NCBI GenBank assembly: GCA_964016885.1
Contig: OZ024747.1
Location: 79,174,001-79,238,000 of the forward strand
DNA: 64,000 bases
Origin: Eledone cirrhosa
Taxonomy: Eukaryota
Direction of reading: 5' to 3'
Below the pieces are notes generated by a model. The model was not told the DNA's origin, made no database searches, and worked only from the letters and a program-made list of their open reading frames with translations. Numbering within the stretch: position 1 is the stretch's first letter; each line of letters starts with the position of its first letter. This document shows positions 12,501 to 26,200 of this stretch, piece after piece. The position numbers were made by a program, and so were the translations under genes.

Positions 12501-15500
12501 GCCCAGCCGCTGCCATGGCCAGGTGTCTCTGGAAATATAAACCAATAATAATTAGCAATCATCATCATCATCACCGTTTTTCGTCTGTTCTTCCACGCTA
12601 GCATAGGTTAACATTATATGTGAAATATTTATCTAAATATGTTTAAACCCCCACCCATAGACTCCATAGGTTAGAGAGAGCTCTTCAGCTGGGTCAATAT
12701 CTACAACTTCCCTAGTGCTAGTGCCATGAAAACTGTACCCAATACACCCTTTAAAGTGGTTAGTGATAAAAAGATCACCCCTTGTAGAAACCATGCCAAA
12801 CTACCTAGTGTTGGTGACCTTCACTATAAATATATCCAGTACACTGTAAAGTGGTTGGTGATAGGAAAGACATCCAGCTGCAGAAAACTTGCCAAACACT
12901 CTTCAATTGTGTCAAAAGAACATATGAAAGGGAGATGCAGGTCTGTGGTCTATTTAAGAGGTCAGTAGCTCTGCTTGAGTACTGACCAGTCTGTGATAAC
13001 ATATCTAACCCTTACTAGCAGAGACCAGATGTTATATTAGAATGTAACATGTATATAAATTTATGTCTAGTGTACATGATATAGATACAAGTAACAGAAC
13101 AGAATAAATGAACTCGAACCTGAGGCCTCCACTATACTGCAGGCCATACCAACTGACTCAACTGGACCTATAATCTGGCTTGAGTATGGGCCTGATGGAA
13201 GCCAATAATGGATATCTCACAACCAGATCATTATGAACTAAGCCTTGCTGCATGTCTACATTATCTCTAGCTTACAGTAAACTATAATTTAACTATGGTA
13301 AGTTGGTTTCACTGCAGTATCTAAACATTTAGTAAATTTTCATTTGTTGTAACTGATTTTACAAAATAACCCTCCTGATCTCAAATCACCTGAAAGTTCT
13401 GGGTATTTCAAAACTTAATAATGAGAAAGTTAGCGACATTAATAAACTGTTAAAGTTCCTAAATATGTTGAAAATTAATTGGAAAATTATCATAAATGCC
13501 TTTCATTAGAAATATGATAATGAAAGGGTTAATGTCTCGTCATTAACCACTAAACTATGAAATAAAGGGTAGAAAAAGATAGAAGAGGAAGAAAGGGTGA
13601 AAGCAAGAGAAAAACAAAGAATTACCTCTTTCTGTCTTTGGTGTCTCATCCCATCTATTTCTGCGAGCACTTGGTGTAGCTTGGTGACCGGGAGTGTCTC
13701 TACCGGGCGTAGCAGCCCCAGGTGTGGCATGACCAGGCGTCGCTTCCCAAGCTCGAGTGCTCGCGCCAGGTGTGGCACTCGGTGTTTCTCCCCCCTTAGA
13801 ACGACCAGGTGTCTCATCCCAGCGAGTGCTGGAAGGGGTGGTAGCTGTTGCTTCTGCAGCATCCCAACTGGAACTCGATGACTTCTTGGCTGGTGTGCTA
13901 TCATCTGTTGCTTGATCCCATCGTCGTCTTTTCACGGGTTGTTTCTGAGCCACAGCTGCCGCCGCCGCTGCTGCTGCTGCTGCCACAGACGCAGATGTGC
14001 TTGAAGCAGATTCTCCTGACGAACCATTCACTGCATGTAACTCTCCTGATTTCGCCTTCTCTACCAGTTGTTGTCGTAAAGCAGCCTGGTAAGAGAGAAA
14101 TATGCAACAGATTTCTATTATAATGGAGCTAAGTGTAATATCCTCATCATTCGCTTCCGATGCAGATATGGATAGGACATACACACATACATCAACTTTT
14201 CCATGCTTGTGTGGGTTGACTGTGTTGTTTCCAACACAACATCCCTCCACCTGCAGTATGGAAAAGAAGGCATGGATGATGATGATGATGATGATGAATT
14301 TAAAGTAGATAGATATTTTGCAAAAGTGGATAAGAGAAAGAACCCCCATCCCATGAAATGAAAGTGAAAAGCAATGAAATATGTATGAGACATCAAAGTC
14401 ATAACCACTCACCTGTTGGTGTGTAAGTCGTTGTTCAACCATCACATCAGAGAAAGTTCGTTTGTTCAATTTTGGATCGGGAGTTTTGCCACCTGAAAAA
14501 GAAAGCAAACAAGGTCACGACAAGATGCCGTGACAAATAAATTCATGTGTAAGGAAATATGAAAACACCTGCATTGCAGTTATCAACTGTAGAACACCTC
14601 CAGAAACCACTTCACACATTAAATCATGTCTTGCCCTTCCAATAATATATAGCATTAATATTGGAAAAGTTTAGAGAGAGAAACAGAGAGAAAATAGATG
14701 ATAAACAGAGAAAGTATTAGAAACCAAACAGTTCCATGTAGTTATGAAAATAATGAGGTGTTATCCTGAAGTAAAGTATATTTTAAAATAGCCAGATGAA
14801 CTAAGGAAACTCTAAGACACAAGGAAATAGGAATCAGTAAATAACCTTAAATGGTAGAGAATAACTTGTAGAGACACTACGCTGGGTTAAAATAGAATAG
14901 AAAGAGTTTGAATCAGATATTCTAAAATTGCCCCTAAAAAGCCATGGTCCAAGTAAACTTTAGAAGGGAGGAATTAACACTGTAAAGAAATATATTTAAA
15001 ATATAACACAGAAAAACATTCTGGTTAACTAGCTAAAGCTAGACCTGAATGAGCAGATGAGATACCATTATCTATGACAAACAATAATGCAACAATATCA
15101 TGTCAGCCTTACTAGAACTGTGTTAGTTAGTTTCCCGGTAATTCAAGGATTTAAGGCTCTGAATGTGCAGTCTTGTCAACTGTTTAACAGAATAAAGTAA
15201 CAAGAGGAAGCTATTGTTTTGATACTCAACCAAAACAAAAGGATAGATAGAAAAGAAGTATGAAGACATCATTCAATATAAACTATCATTTGAAAGAAAT
15301 GAAATAATAGTCAGCATACCTCTACATAAATACATGGATATATCTACACACACACTAATAGATTTACAAAATCATACTATGGCAGTGTAATACCATGCCA
15401 CACTATCTTATTCAAATGTTAACTGAAAGAGAGCTACATATATATTTAAATAGACCAAGTATTATTACTGACCAAACATTCTTCAAAATACCAATAATAC

Positions 15501-18500
15501 TACAATCAAGCAGAATTATTTGTTAACTAAAAAAAGTAAAGTAATATAAGTCTAGGTAAAGGACACATGTAGGGTTTGAACACCTGACTCCTGAGTCACT
15601 GGTTAACATCTTAATCACTGTTCAATATGAAACAGATGGAGCCCAATTCACCCAAAGTATTCAAAATATTTTCTATTTATATTGTTTTAATTGACATTAC
15701 GTATAACAAGTGTCAACTAATTCTGAAAATAGTTGAACATAACTCAAGGACACAACAAAAATTAACCAGTACATATATAAGCAATATGTTTTTGGTCACA
15801 AGATTGACAGCTAGATAAACAGCAAAATGAAAAACATTCAGACCAATATACTGAGAGAGAGAATGAGATATAAACTTTTTCAATACTAAAAACAAATTAT
15901 TGGAAGGGAAAGACAGTGATTAGAGATGATCTGATGATTTTGGAAGAAGAGGAATTAAAGCAAGCATTTCCCCAAAGGTGGGTATCAAATTTCATTAGGT
16001 GCTACAAAAGTAGTTTAAATGACAAAGAAGTAAAGGGAAATGCTTGCTTATTTCACAGCATGGTAAAAAAAAAATACTGTCTTCCTTTTACTATCATACG
16101 TACAGTGCAGCTTCATGAGTTAGTGCCATCTTCCGTTCATGTCTGCTTTCATAAACACCAACCCTAAAATTAGTCTCAGATTAGTGTAGTTCTAAAAACA
16201 GAACAAGGAGAGAGAGAGAGAAAAAAAAAAGGTTCCAAATAATTCTTCTTTTCCATCAATTAATAATGGAACAGCCTTGGCAAAACTAACAACTATAATT
16301 TTCGTTTCTGATTTACTTCTTCAACACTCACTAAAGTATTCAGATAAATTAAACTATAGATGTTTTGTGTATGTGTATATATATATATATGTGTATATAT
16401 ATATATATATATTAATTACATAAAATTATGAGATTCGTATAGAATCTTCGACTTTTACTACATGATGCTACAGAGAAACCAGATTGCATTTCTTTTCTTT
16501 TACAAAACTAGTTTGGGGGATCATATTTTAATATAATTTTAGAGTGACCGATTGCTGTCAAAAGGATGAGGAATTTGAACAATCATCTCATTTGATATCT
16601 GTTGTAGGAGGTAGGAGGATAGATTTCTCATCTGGAGAGGAATGGTGTGGAGAATTCTGAAATCTGTCAAACTGAAATATTTGTTGGGCAATTTCAAATT
16701 TTATCATGTGTGTGTGTGTATGTGTCTACACACATGTGACACACAATATTGTGAACATTTATAAGCTGATAGCAAGCAAAAGACCCATAGATTTATTTTA
16801 TGAACTAACTTCCAGTAGATATGTATGTAGTGTAAATATAAAATCTATATACTGCTATAAAAAGGTAGAACTAAATGAATATCAAGGGAAAGAAACAATC
16901 CCCCTTTTCACTTAAGATATGTTTGTAAATAGATGAGACAAAACTATGGAAAGCAAATCACCAAACTTTTACTTTAGCTGAAGAGAAATTATGGTTAATA
17001 AAGAGTAAAATGAAAGCCAATATATTGAGAAAAATCCAGTGACAGCAATACTGCAGCACAACAGGAAACATCGGGATTGTAAATTATACTGGATAATTCC
17101 AGTGGTTTTTAAACACCCAGTCTTTCTATAGCAACATGTAGTAGACAATAGGATATGAACAAATAAGTTACACTACTATTGTCAGGTATCCTATACATAT
17201 TGTGAATTGTTGTGTTATTTTATCATGGATCAGGTTTATTTAATTTTAAAATAAACACCTAACGCTTTTTTTTGGCATTTAAAAGATATGTAACAACTAA
17301 ATTAAGATTTTTTTAAGAATCCAATCTTAACATTAATGTTTTGACAAGATCAACAATGCAGAAGGAAGGGCACCGAGGTGAAAGCACCTCACATGATAGA
17401 TGTCGATCAGGCACCAACGGCAGCAAGGCATTCCAGAAGCTAGAAAGGAAAGATACATTTAATTAGTACCCAGATTTTTAAGTTGTGCATCAGTTAGTGG
17501 CACTAGTGCCACAACACTGAAAGAGTAGCAGTACTGTCTACTTCATGCAGTCTTTTTAACAGCATGTAAAACAGGTGATACACATTTGCAGTTGTCTCTT
17601 GAAACATATTCTTAGATTCAGTTGAGGTAATGGTGGAGGTACTGATGTAGTTCTATTTAGTGGATCTAGACAGAATTTAGCTAATGGATTAGTTAGATTG
17701 TTTTTTTCTCCTTCACTAATGTCATAAGAATAAAACATCAACCAGTAAAAACAAATTTGCACACGGTTTTCAGGAAGAAAAGTTATTGAGACTTCAAAAA
17801 CTGATATTATAACCACAAATTCTTTAGAATCCTCCAATACATGTCTGATAAATTTTTCAGAGAACTATAAAATTTCATTATCAACAAGATAACTCAAAAT
17901 GTCACCTATCCAATGACATGACAAACTTGAAATATGAAATTTCAATTTCAAAATCCAAGGAACAGATCTGTATCCAAAGAACAGAATTTGGCAGCAAAGA
18001 AAAATATTTTACAACAGTAGTGAATGTTGATGATTGATCTCAATCCTAAGATGACTTAAATATGTAAGAAAAATTCTAATAACATTAGCCAAGCTACAGA
18101 AAGGAAACAATCAAATGGATGCTTAGATAGAAATATCAAAATATGTTAAATACTGGCATAAAAAGGGTAAAATAACTTAAATATCTAAACAAGCTATGGA
18201 CACAAAATAGGAAATGTATTTTGATGTTTTCCAGACTAATCCCACATCAAATGGAACAAAACCGTCTAACCCATGTTAGCGTGGAAGATGGATGTTAAAC
18301 GATGATGATGATGATGATGATGATATATATACTTTGAATGTGAAAAAGAAAATTCTATAAGAACACAAGTATATGAATTCCATTACTTAAAAAGAGAGAA
18401 GAATACAGTCCATTGATATAACCCTAGTATTTTATTAGCATTAATATTATTAACCGAGCATTGATCCCAAACAGAGAAAGATGAGCCACCAAAACCAATA

Positions 18501-19240
18501 CAGTAAACTATCTAGTTCTCTACTCTGATAATAATAGTAATTTAAAATGAAAAAGTACAAAGTTGTAGTAGGAAAGCTAGAGTCTAACAATATCATAGCC
18601 TATGTGATTAATAATGTAGGTGAGAATTAGTTATATATGTACAAATTAATCTTATCATTACCAAATTTCTAACGGAATAAACTGCCTGCGTGTTTCAATT
18701 AATTTTGAAAATAGCCAAAGATTTTGAGGAATTTAATAAAATAATTAAGTTTTTCATTAGTAAGCTGCTATTAAAATAAAATTATAAGGCTAAACATTTT
18801 TAAATGAGCAGTTTCAGGTGGTTTGGTGTCAAAAAGGTTAAAGAACATTCACTGAGAGTGCATTTCATTATAAAAACAATGGCTTACACACTGAATATTC
18901 TTTGAATCAAAATTATTTCAAAAGGAATTTGTTTGATACTTTAATTCTATGCAACATTGGAAGACTATTCTAGGACTATTTTCATATGTAGTCCTAGAAT
19001 ATATATATATATATATATATATATATCGTGAGCATCTTGATTTTTTATATAGGTACACTATATCCTTGTGTGTCATAAGAGGCAACTAAAAGAGTTGGCA
19101 TCAGGAGGGGAATTCAGCCATAAAACTCTACATTAAATCCTGGTCCAACATACGCCAACATGGAAAAGTAGATACAAAAACAATGATATATATATAATCC
19201 ATTTACATTCTCTTTTCTATACTATTATGTGTTTGACATG

Positions 19241-19271
<31 letters not shown>

Positions 19272-19560
19272 AGCAAGGTACGGTACAGCCAACTGGCTCG
19301 ACTTGTCTCATAATGTGAATGACCTGTTTAACCCATGCAAGCATGGAAAAATAGCCATTAAACAGTGATGATGATGATACACATACAGTCTCATACATAT
19401 GTAAAGGAGTGCTTAACCCTATGCGTAATATTTTTGCGGATTCACCCTAAAACTTGAAATGGTTTACAGTAATCAAAAGTGATAACATATAAAATAAGCA
19501 AATTTAATAAATCTTACTATGTAATACTAATGATATATTTTCTCTGGAAAATATATCACA

Positions 19561-19621
<61 letters not shown>

Positions 19622-22600
19622 ATATATATATATATATATACACATATATATATAATTAAACACATGAGAGAGAATAAGATACTCTTTCATAAAGTATTAC
19701 TTGACTGCTAGTCAATAAATTATACATATTAATTTACTTTTTTCACAAGAGCTTAAGTTTAATTACTTGTGTGAAATAAAGAGACTAATCCAAATATTTG
19801 CCTTTATTCAAACAAACGCTCAGAAAAGAATGAGTTTCTAGACTGACAAAATGAAATCCAGATATTTATAATGTTCCTAACCTAAATGAAATAGCTCCAC
19901 CTGGGAAGTTAAAACACATTATAAGGAACTTTCATCAACTGACATATGATGGAATAATGAACAAGGTCAAAACCCAAACAGATATTTCCAATACAACAAA
20001 AATAATCTTCTTAAATAAAATGCAAACAAATTTTTTTGTAAATTTATCTGAATTATTTTGTTTTTAAATGGATTCACAAACTATTCAGTCAGCTAAAACC
20101 TAACAATACTGATAACCATGTGTGAGCTACGGTGGATGATGAAATGTAATATATATGTCAGTGTACATTTTACTGTACTTTTTGTTTGTAAGTTTTGTTT
20201 TGATTTTTCCATTGGGAAATTAAAATAGATATATCTTATTCAGAAAATTCTCAAAGATTGCCAAAGCAATTTAACTGGAATTTCAAGCCAACAACAATTT
20301 TCTATTTGTGGCTCAATTGATTCAATATTGGACTACTTCACGATCCTTGGAACCTAAAATGGAAAATATACAGATATATATTTATAAACTTGCATATGTA
20401 TGTATTCATCTTATACATACACAGAATTCTCTCTTTAATCTCTTGATAAATATTTATATATATATATAAAAATAGATCAGGACTGATGTGTTTTTCCTGA
20501 AAAATTGCTATCAGCCAAACTAGGGAAAAAAAAATCTTCAAAGAAGGGACCCCTCCTTTAAAATTACATTTCTGAAAAAAATTATGTTTTGTTATATTTC
20601 TGAAGACCAAAATATTGCCTCAGTGAATGTTACAAGATCTTAGGCAAATTTTTTTGTTAATTATCAAAACATTTAAATGCTTTTAAACACAAAGATACAA
20701 AAACAAAAAATAGTTTGTGTTTAAAAGTAACTAATATATAGGCTTGTAAAACCCCTTCAAAATCAGATGAAGAATATAAGACGAAAAAAAGTATTCGGGC
20801 AAAAAATGAAAAAAAAAAACTGTAAAAGATTTATAAATAAATTATTTGCAAAATGATAATTTTCAAAAGAAATGACTAACCTTCAGCAAATGGATCATAT
20901 CGTTCAGGAGAAATAATCATTTGCCTACGAATAGCTCTATAGTCATCTTCTCTGTCAGCAATTCGGGCTGGCCGGTTGTCAGCAAGAGGATCATAGTTCT
21001 GAAAAAATGAGATTAAATCAACAAATTATTACAGAAAAACATTGTATCATACTGTACTCCTATATAAGTCAGATTTTATATTTATAATATTTTGACCTGT
21101 ACATAAGTCACATGTTGCTTTTTGTTAATGTTGTTTGCAACTTCACTTGTTATGATAGAACACACCCAGTATATTCTGTAAAAGACATGATAACCTCCCG
21201 TACCTTGGAGATCAGTGTCACTCCAGATAGAGCCGTTACAAATTGAGAGATCACAGCTCCAATACTATGGGCATGTGGCTAGAATGTCCCAGGAAAGAAT
21301 TGCTGGTCAGATTTTACAGGCAAAACCAACCAGTAGGAGACCCAGGAGTAGACCCCAAGCAAGATGGTTGGATAACATCCAAGAGCTTGGCTGGTCTGGC
21401 TTGGGGATCCAGTCGGATTAGTTAGAGACAGTTGCTTCTGACAGAACCCACTGGAAGGAGTGTTTGAGGACTTTGTCCCCACAACCCTCTCAGGAATAAG
21501 TGAGCAAAGAAGAAGAATTTGGTGGGATTTAGTAAAAAAAAAAATAACTTTTTCAGTATTAAGCTGATGTTTAGAATTTAACTTAAGATAGGTTCTTACA
21601 TAAAATTATGATGGAAGGATTTTATACATAGTTTAAAATAACCAATTTTTTCTAGGAGCGTTAGTTTTATACATAAAAATTGGTTGTTTTATACATAGTT
21701 TAAAATAACCAATTTTTTCAGGTGGGTTGCAATCAATAGGATTATAATAAAACCACACACACACAATCAGAACCTTGAACTATAAACATGAACTGTACAG
21801 CTTACTTTGTCATTTAATGTATCATTCAATAAATTCAATGGTGCAGTGAATGATGATTTCTTGGAATAAGATGGCTCCTCTTCTTCGTCCTATAAAGATA
21901 AAACATATTTTAGTTTTAACAATAAAGAAAAATGCTGCCACCAACATCAATAATATCAACAAGACTGGAATAACAGAGATAGCCAAGTCCATAACCAAAC
22001 TGTATGGTGCTTCGCTACTCATTTGTTCTGTGATGACATGACAATAAATAAAATTTAAAAAAATAAAAAAATAAAAAAACAGACCACCCTTTTAGGGTAA
22101 CTCAGTGCTTTTTGAAAACCAAGCCAAAAATGGAGTGTATAAGCAAGACAGGGTAACCTGACCTGTCTGGCCTCATAATGTGACAGACCGTCATGGACGA
22201 ATGGAAAATAGTCAAACAGTGATGAATATAAAGGACCCCTAGGTATGTTGTTTTACATTATTTTTCACTATTAGCCTCATCTTCTGATCATTTTAAAATA
22301 TATATTTCTACAATGTGTTATGAAACTAGGAATCTTTATAACTAAGTGCAGTAATATGTTTATCATTACGATCATGGTGTCAAGTCTCCTTGGACAATGT
22401 TCATAATTATACTTCTCCACTTGTCCCCTATCCAGCATGGCTTCTGCGAGTTCATCAAATCTACACAATAATCTAGCTACTAGTAAAGATATAAACATTT
22501 GAATTAACAAACCAATTTTTTTAATAGATATTTTCTGCTAAATCATTAAAGGATGTTAAGAGTTAAGTTGATGTCCCACTAGGTTTTACTGACTAGACTA

Positions 22601-23189
22601 TGGCACAACCATAAAGGGATTTAGTTGATTATATCAATCCCAGTACTTCCTTTTTTCTAATCTGCTACTTGTTGTCCCATATAACAAATATACACACACT
22701 ATTATCTAAAATATTTGAAGTTCAGTGCATTAGCATTCTGAGATCAAGCTTTGTATAAAAGTCAAATTTAAACTATATTCTTAAAGGTCAATAAAACAAT
22801 ACACATAATAAAATTAATTAACTACGAGTAACTCACACCCCTCCTTACAAAATAGTTCTCCTATCTAAAATATCAACATAATCATTATCATTCCAGTGTG
22901 ATTAACATGGGGGAAATAGACTTCATAATGCAGATTAGAACCAGATGGATAAGAGAACTAGGTCTCATGTATTCCCTTTTGGTATGTGGAATTATTTCTA
23001 TGGATGGTTATGAAAATGAGAATATTCCAAAGAGGGCTATTTCCTAACACTCAAATAGTGAGATCACTTTTCAAGTATTTGCATTGGTGTTCACTCAAGA
23101 TGGATTCAAGCAGCTCTAGGAGGTTGGTTAAACCCATACATGTGTGAGCTACAACATTCTAAGAAACCTGCCACTGTTGCCAGCAGATA

Positions 23190-23230
<41 letters not shown>

Positions 23231-26200
23231 ATCAAGCTGAAATTTTAAAGACACTTACACTTTTCTACATAGAAAATAAATAATTTCTATGCCCTACCCA
23301 CCAGTATTGAGTACTCATTCGGTTAATGTGTGAATGTTTTAAATATTATGGTATTTTAAACACACATTCTTTTATATATATACTAGCATTAAAGCCCGGC
23401 GTTGCTCGGGGTCATTAAGTTACCAAAGTTAGGTTGCACCATCCATTTTATGGCAGCACTTTTTTGTCTGCCAGGCACTGGGTGAATGAATTGCAGACCT
23501 AGAAGCAGGAGCTGCGCCAGCAGTGACAATTGTAGTTTCGCCTATGGATATTATCTCTGTGCAGAAAAGTGTTGAAATTTATTGTTTCACAGTACTTGCG
23601 CAACACGCGCGTAGACAATGCCAGCCAAACAACAGAGCTGCGATGGAGTTGTTCTGCATGGTTGTCTGTGTGTTTTCTAAATTTAAGACAGTAGGGAGGG
23701 TTGTGATATGAGGGAGAGTTAGCTGTTGTTTCTAGCAGGTTTAGTGACCTCATAGAGGATATGTGTTTTCTAAATTTAAGACAGTAGGGAGTGGTGTGAT
23801 ATGGGAGAGAGTTAGCTGCTGTTTCTAGCAGGTTTAGTGACCTCATAGAAGATATGTTTTCTAAATTTAAGACAGTAGGGAGTGGTGTGATATGGGGGGG
23901 GGGGGAGTTAGCTGCTGTTTCTAGCAGGTTTAGTAACCTCATAGAGGATATGTGTTTTCTAAATTTAAGACAGTAGGGAGTGGTGTGAACGGACAGTATC
24001 ACCATCAAGCTTGGAAAGAGAAAGTAGCAGAAAGTATGAAGTTGTATAGATTTTGAATGGTAGTAGAAAGAGTTCAGCAGTTTAAATGAGAGAGAAAAAT
24101 CGTAAAATATTGAGTTTTATCTATTTTTTGCGTAATTGTGGGTGAAATTGAAAAAATTATCTGCGTCAAGGCGCAATCGAAATTATTTCGGATACTGAAT
24201 TGTAAATTTCAATTGAAGAAATTCTATATCGTAGATTTCTATAACGAAGGAGCATGACCACACACTGAGCTTTATAGATTATGATATAGTGAAGAAGTAG
24301 AGTCAATGGAGTATCTATGGTGCAAAGACCAGAAAGACCACAAATTTTCTCTTGAAAAAACTTGTAGAAATGCTGTTGGGATTCTAGCTCTTCATTATAT
24401 ATCACAGAACATGTATTTAAAACATGAACTAATGAGTACTTAATATTGGTGGGTAGAAACATGGAAGTATCTTTAAAATTCCAGTCATACACACATATAT
24501 GTATGTAAAAGGTATATATATATACACACACACAACTTCTTGTTTTTAATTGAAAACAGAATAAAAAATCTTTTATTACTTACATCTTGGTCTTCATTTG
24601 GAGCAATTGAAGTGACGTAACCTTCAAATTTACTTGAAGAAGATCCATAGATATCAGTGTCAAAATGACCTTCGGCACCAAGACCAACACGTTCTCCATT
24701 ATCTTGAAACAATGTATTCTTTTTCTGTTGAATAGTTCGGACTTTCTCTTCAATATCTGCAATGAACAATGATTGATAAGGTTTAATAAAATTGAATAAA
24801 AGGATTATTAGTATAGAACCTGACAGTCATCATAATTTGATTTTTCAATGCTGGCAATAGTTGGATGGGTTGTCATGGTCCAGTTCAATTCTTATTTGGA
24901 ATTACTTCCTTCCTAGAGAGATCAGAGACTATGTCTCTCATACATCCTATTTTTGGTATGGTTTCTGGATGGCCTTTCTATCATTGACCTTTTTCATTCC
25001 TTTATTTCCCATGGGAGGAGAACCAGCATAAGAAGGTTTACATTGCATTTAATAAAGCAACCCCTTCATTGACATACTTTTAATGAAAGACACTACCTTT
25101 AATTTTCAAATAATTTTGAAAATAATCATGTATTTGGAGAGATTTAATGATACAACTTTCTGATTGTTAAGCTGGTACCTAACTTAAAATTACAATAGTT
25201 GTTTTGTTTGTTTGTTTTTATAAATAGAAACACTTTACAGCAAACATTTATATATGATAGGCCCACTGGTGGTTTCAGGGGATTTAGTATCAAAAAGGTT
25301 AATGGTTTTCTTAATTCAAACAATTTAACATTCTATAACTAGTATAATATTATTCTAGCCACAAGTGTTCTTTCAAGGCAGTCAATCTAAAAGAGTTGTT
25401 TGAACATTGGACATTTGTTCTAGTTAAAATCTCACTAAGTTCTACTTTGCTTTTCATCTTTTCGGGGTTGATAAAGAAAGCATCAGCACAGAGCTGGTGC
25501 AGCCCTTTTCCCTTCTAACTGTTGCATCTTGTATGTTTCGCTGGCTAAAAGGAGGGAGAATCAAGAGTGTGTCTGTGCCTGCATGTGCACCTGAAACACT
25601 TAGCATTTATTAAATCTCTTTCAAAAAATTACCTCCCTCATCTAATTGAAGTTTCATATTTAAATCTCTTTCATATAGCATCTAACATGACATTTAAATT
25701 GTAATTTGTTTTTAAATGTCAACAGCCCATCATTTGATTGGGAAATTGATTTCAAGAACTGGATTTTTCATTAAGTATTATCTTTCTATTAGGAACCTTC
25801 TCCAGTTAACATCATTATCGTTTTTACATCTGCTTTTCCATGCTGACATAAGTTAGATGAGATATTTGAGTTAAATACTCTCATTCCCCTGTAAAATACT
25901 AAAGACCTGGCTGGTAGAGAGGAATTAAATCGAAGTTATGGTAGGAAGAGAAATGATTAGGTTGGTACATCGATAATGTAGTTGTGTGAGATAATAATTA
26001 ACTAACATGGCAGCAACATTTAAATACAAGGTCTCTGATGGTAGGAATGTTAAGCTGGATATTAGAAATAGCATGAAGATTGATCTCGGAGGTCAGAATT
26101 TGGAATACTGAGCATTAAAGTTGAGATGACAACAGATTGATAAACTGTAATATGACAAACATATCCAACAATACCAGCATGCAAAATGAACATTAAAACA

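Noticed and set aside
12161-12601. Plus-strand ORFs over SF3B1 exon 7
   Set aside because: Antisense shadows of the repetitive TP-coding exon.
13555-14508. 317-aa continuous ORF
   Set aside because: It is SF3B1 exons 5-6 with a stop-free 327-nt intron that contains a SINE tail and microsatellite. In-frame retention is possible but unsupported.
23499-24008. 169-aa repetitive ORF
   Set aside because: Read-through of the Helitron internal minisatellite; no Rep or helicase motifs.
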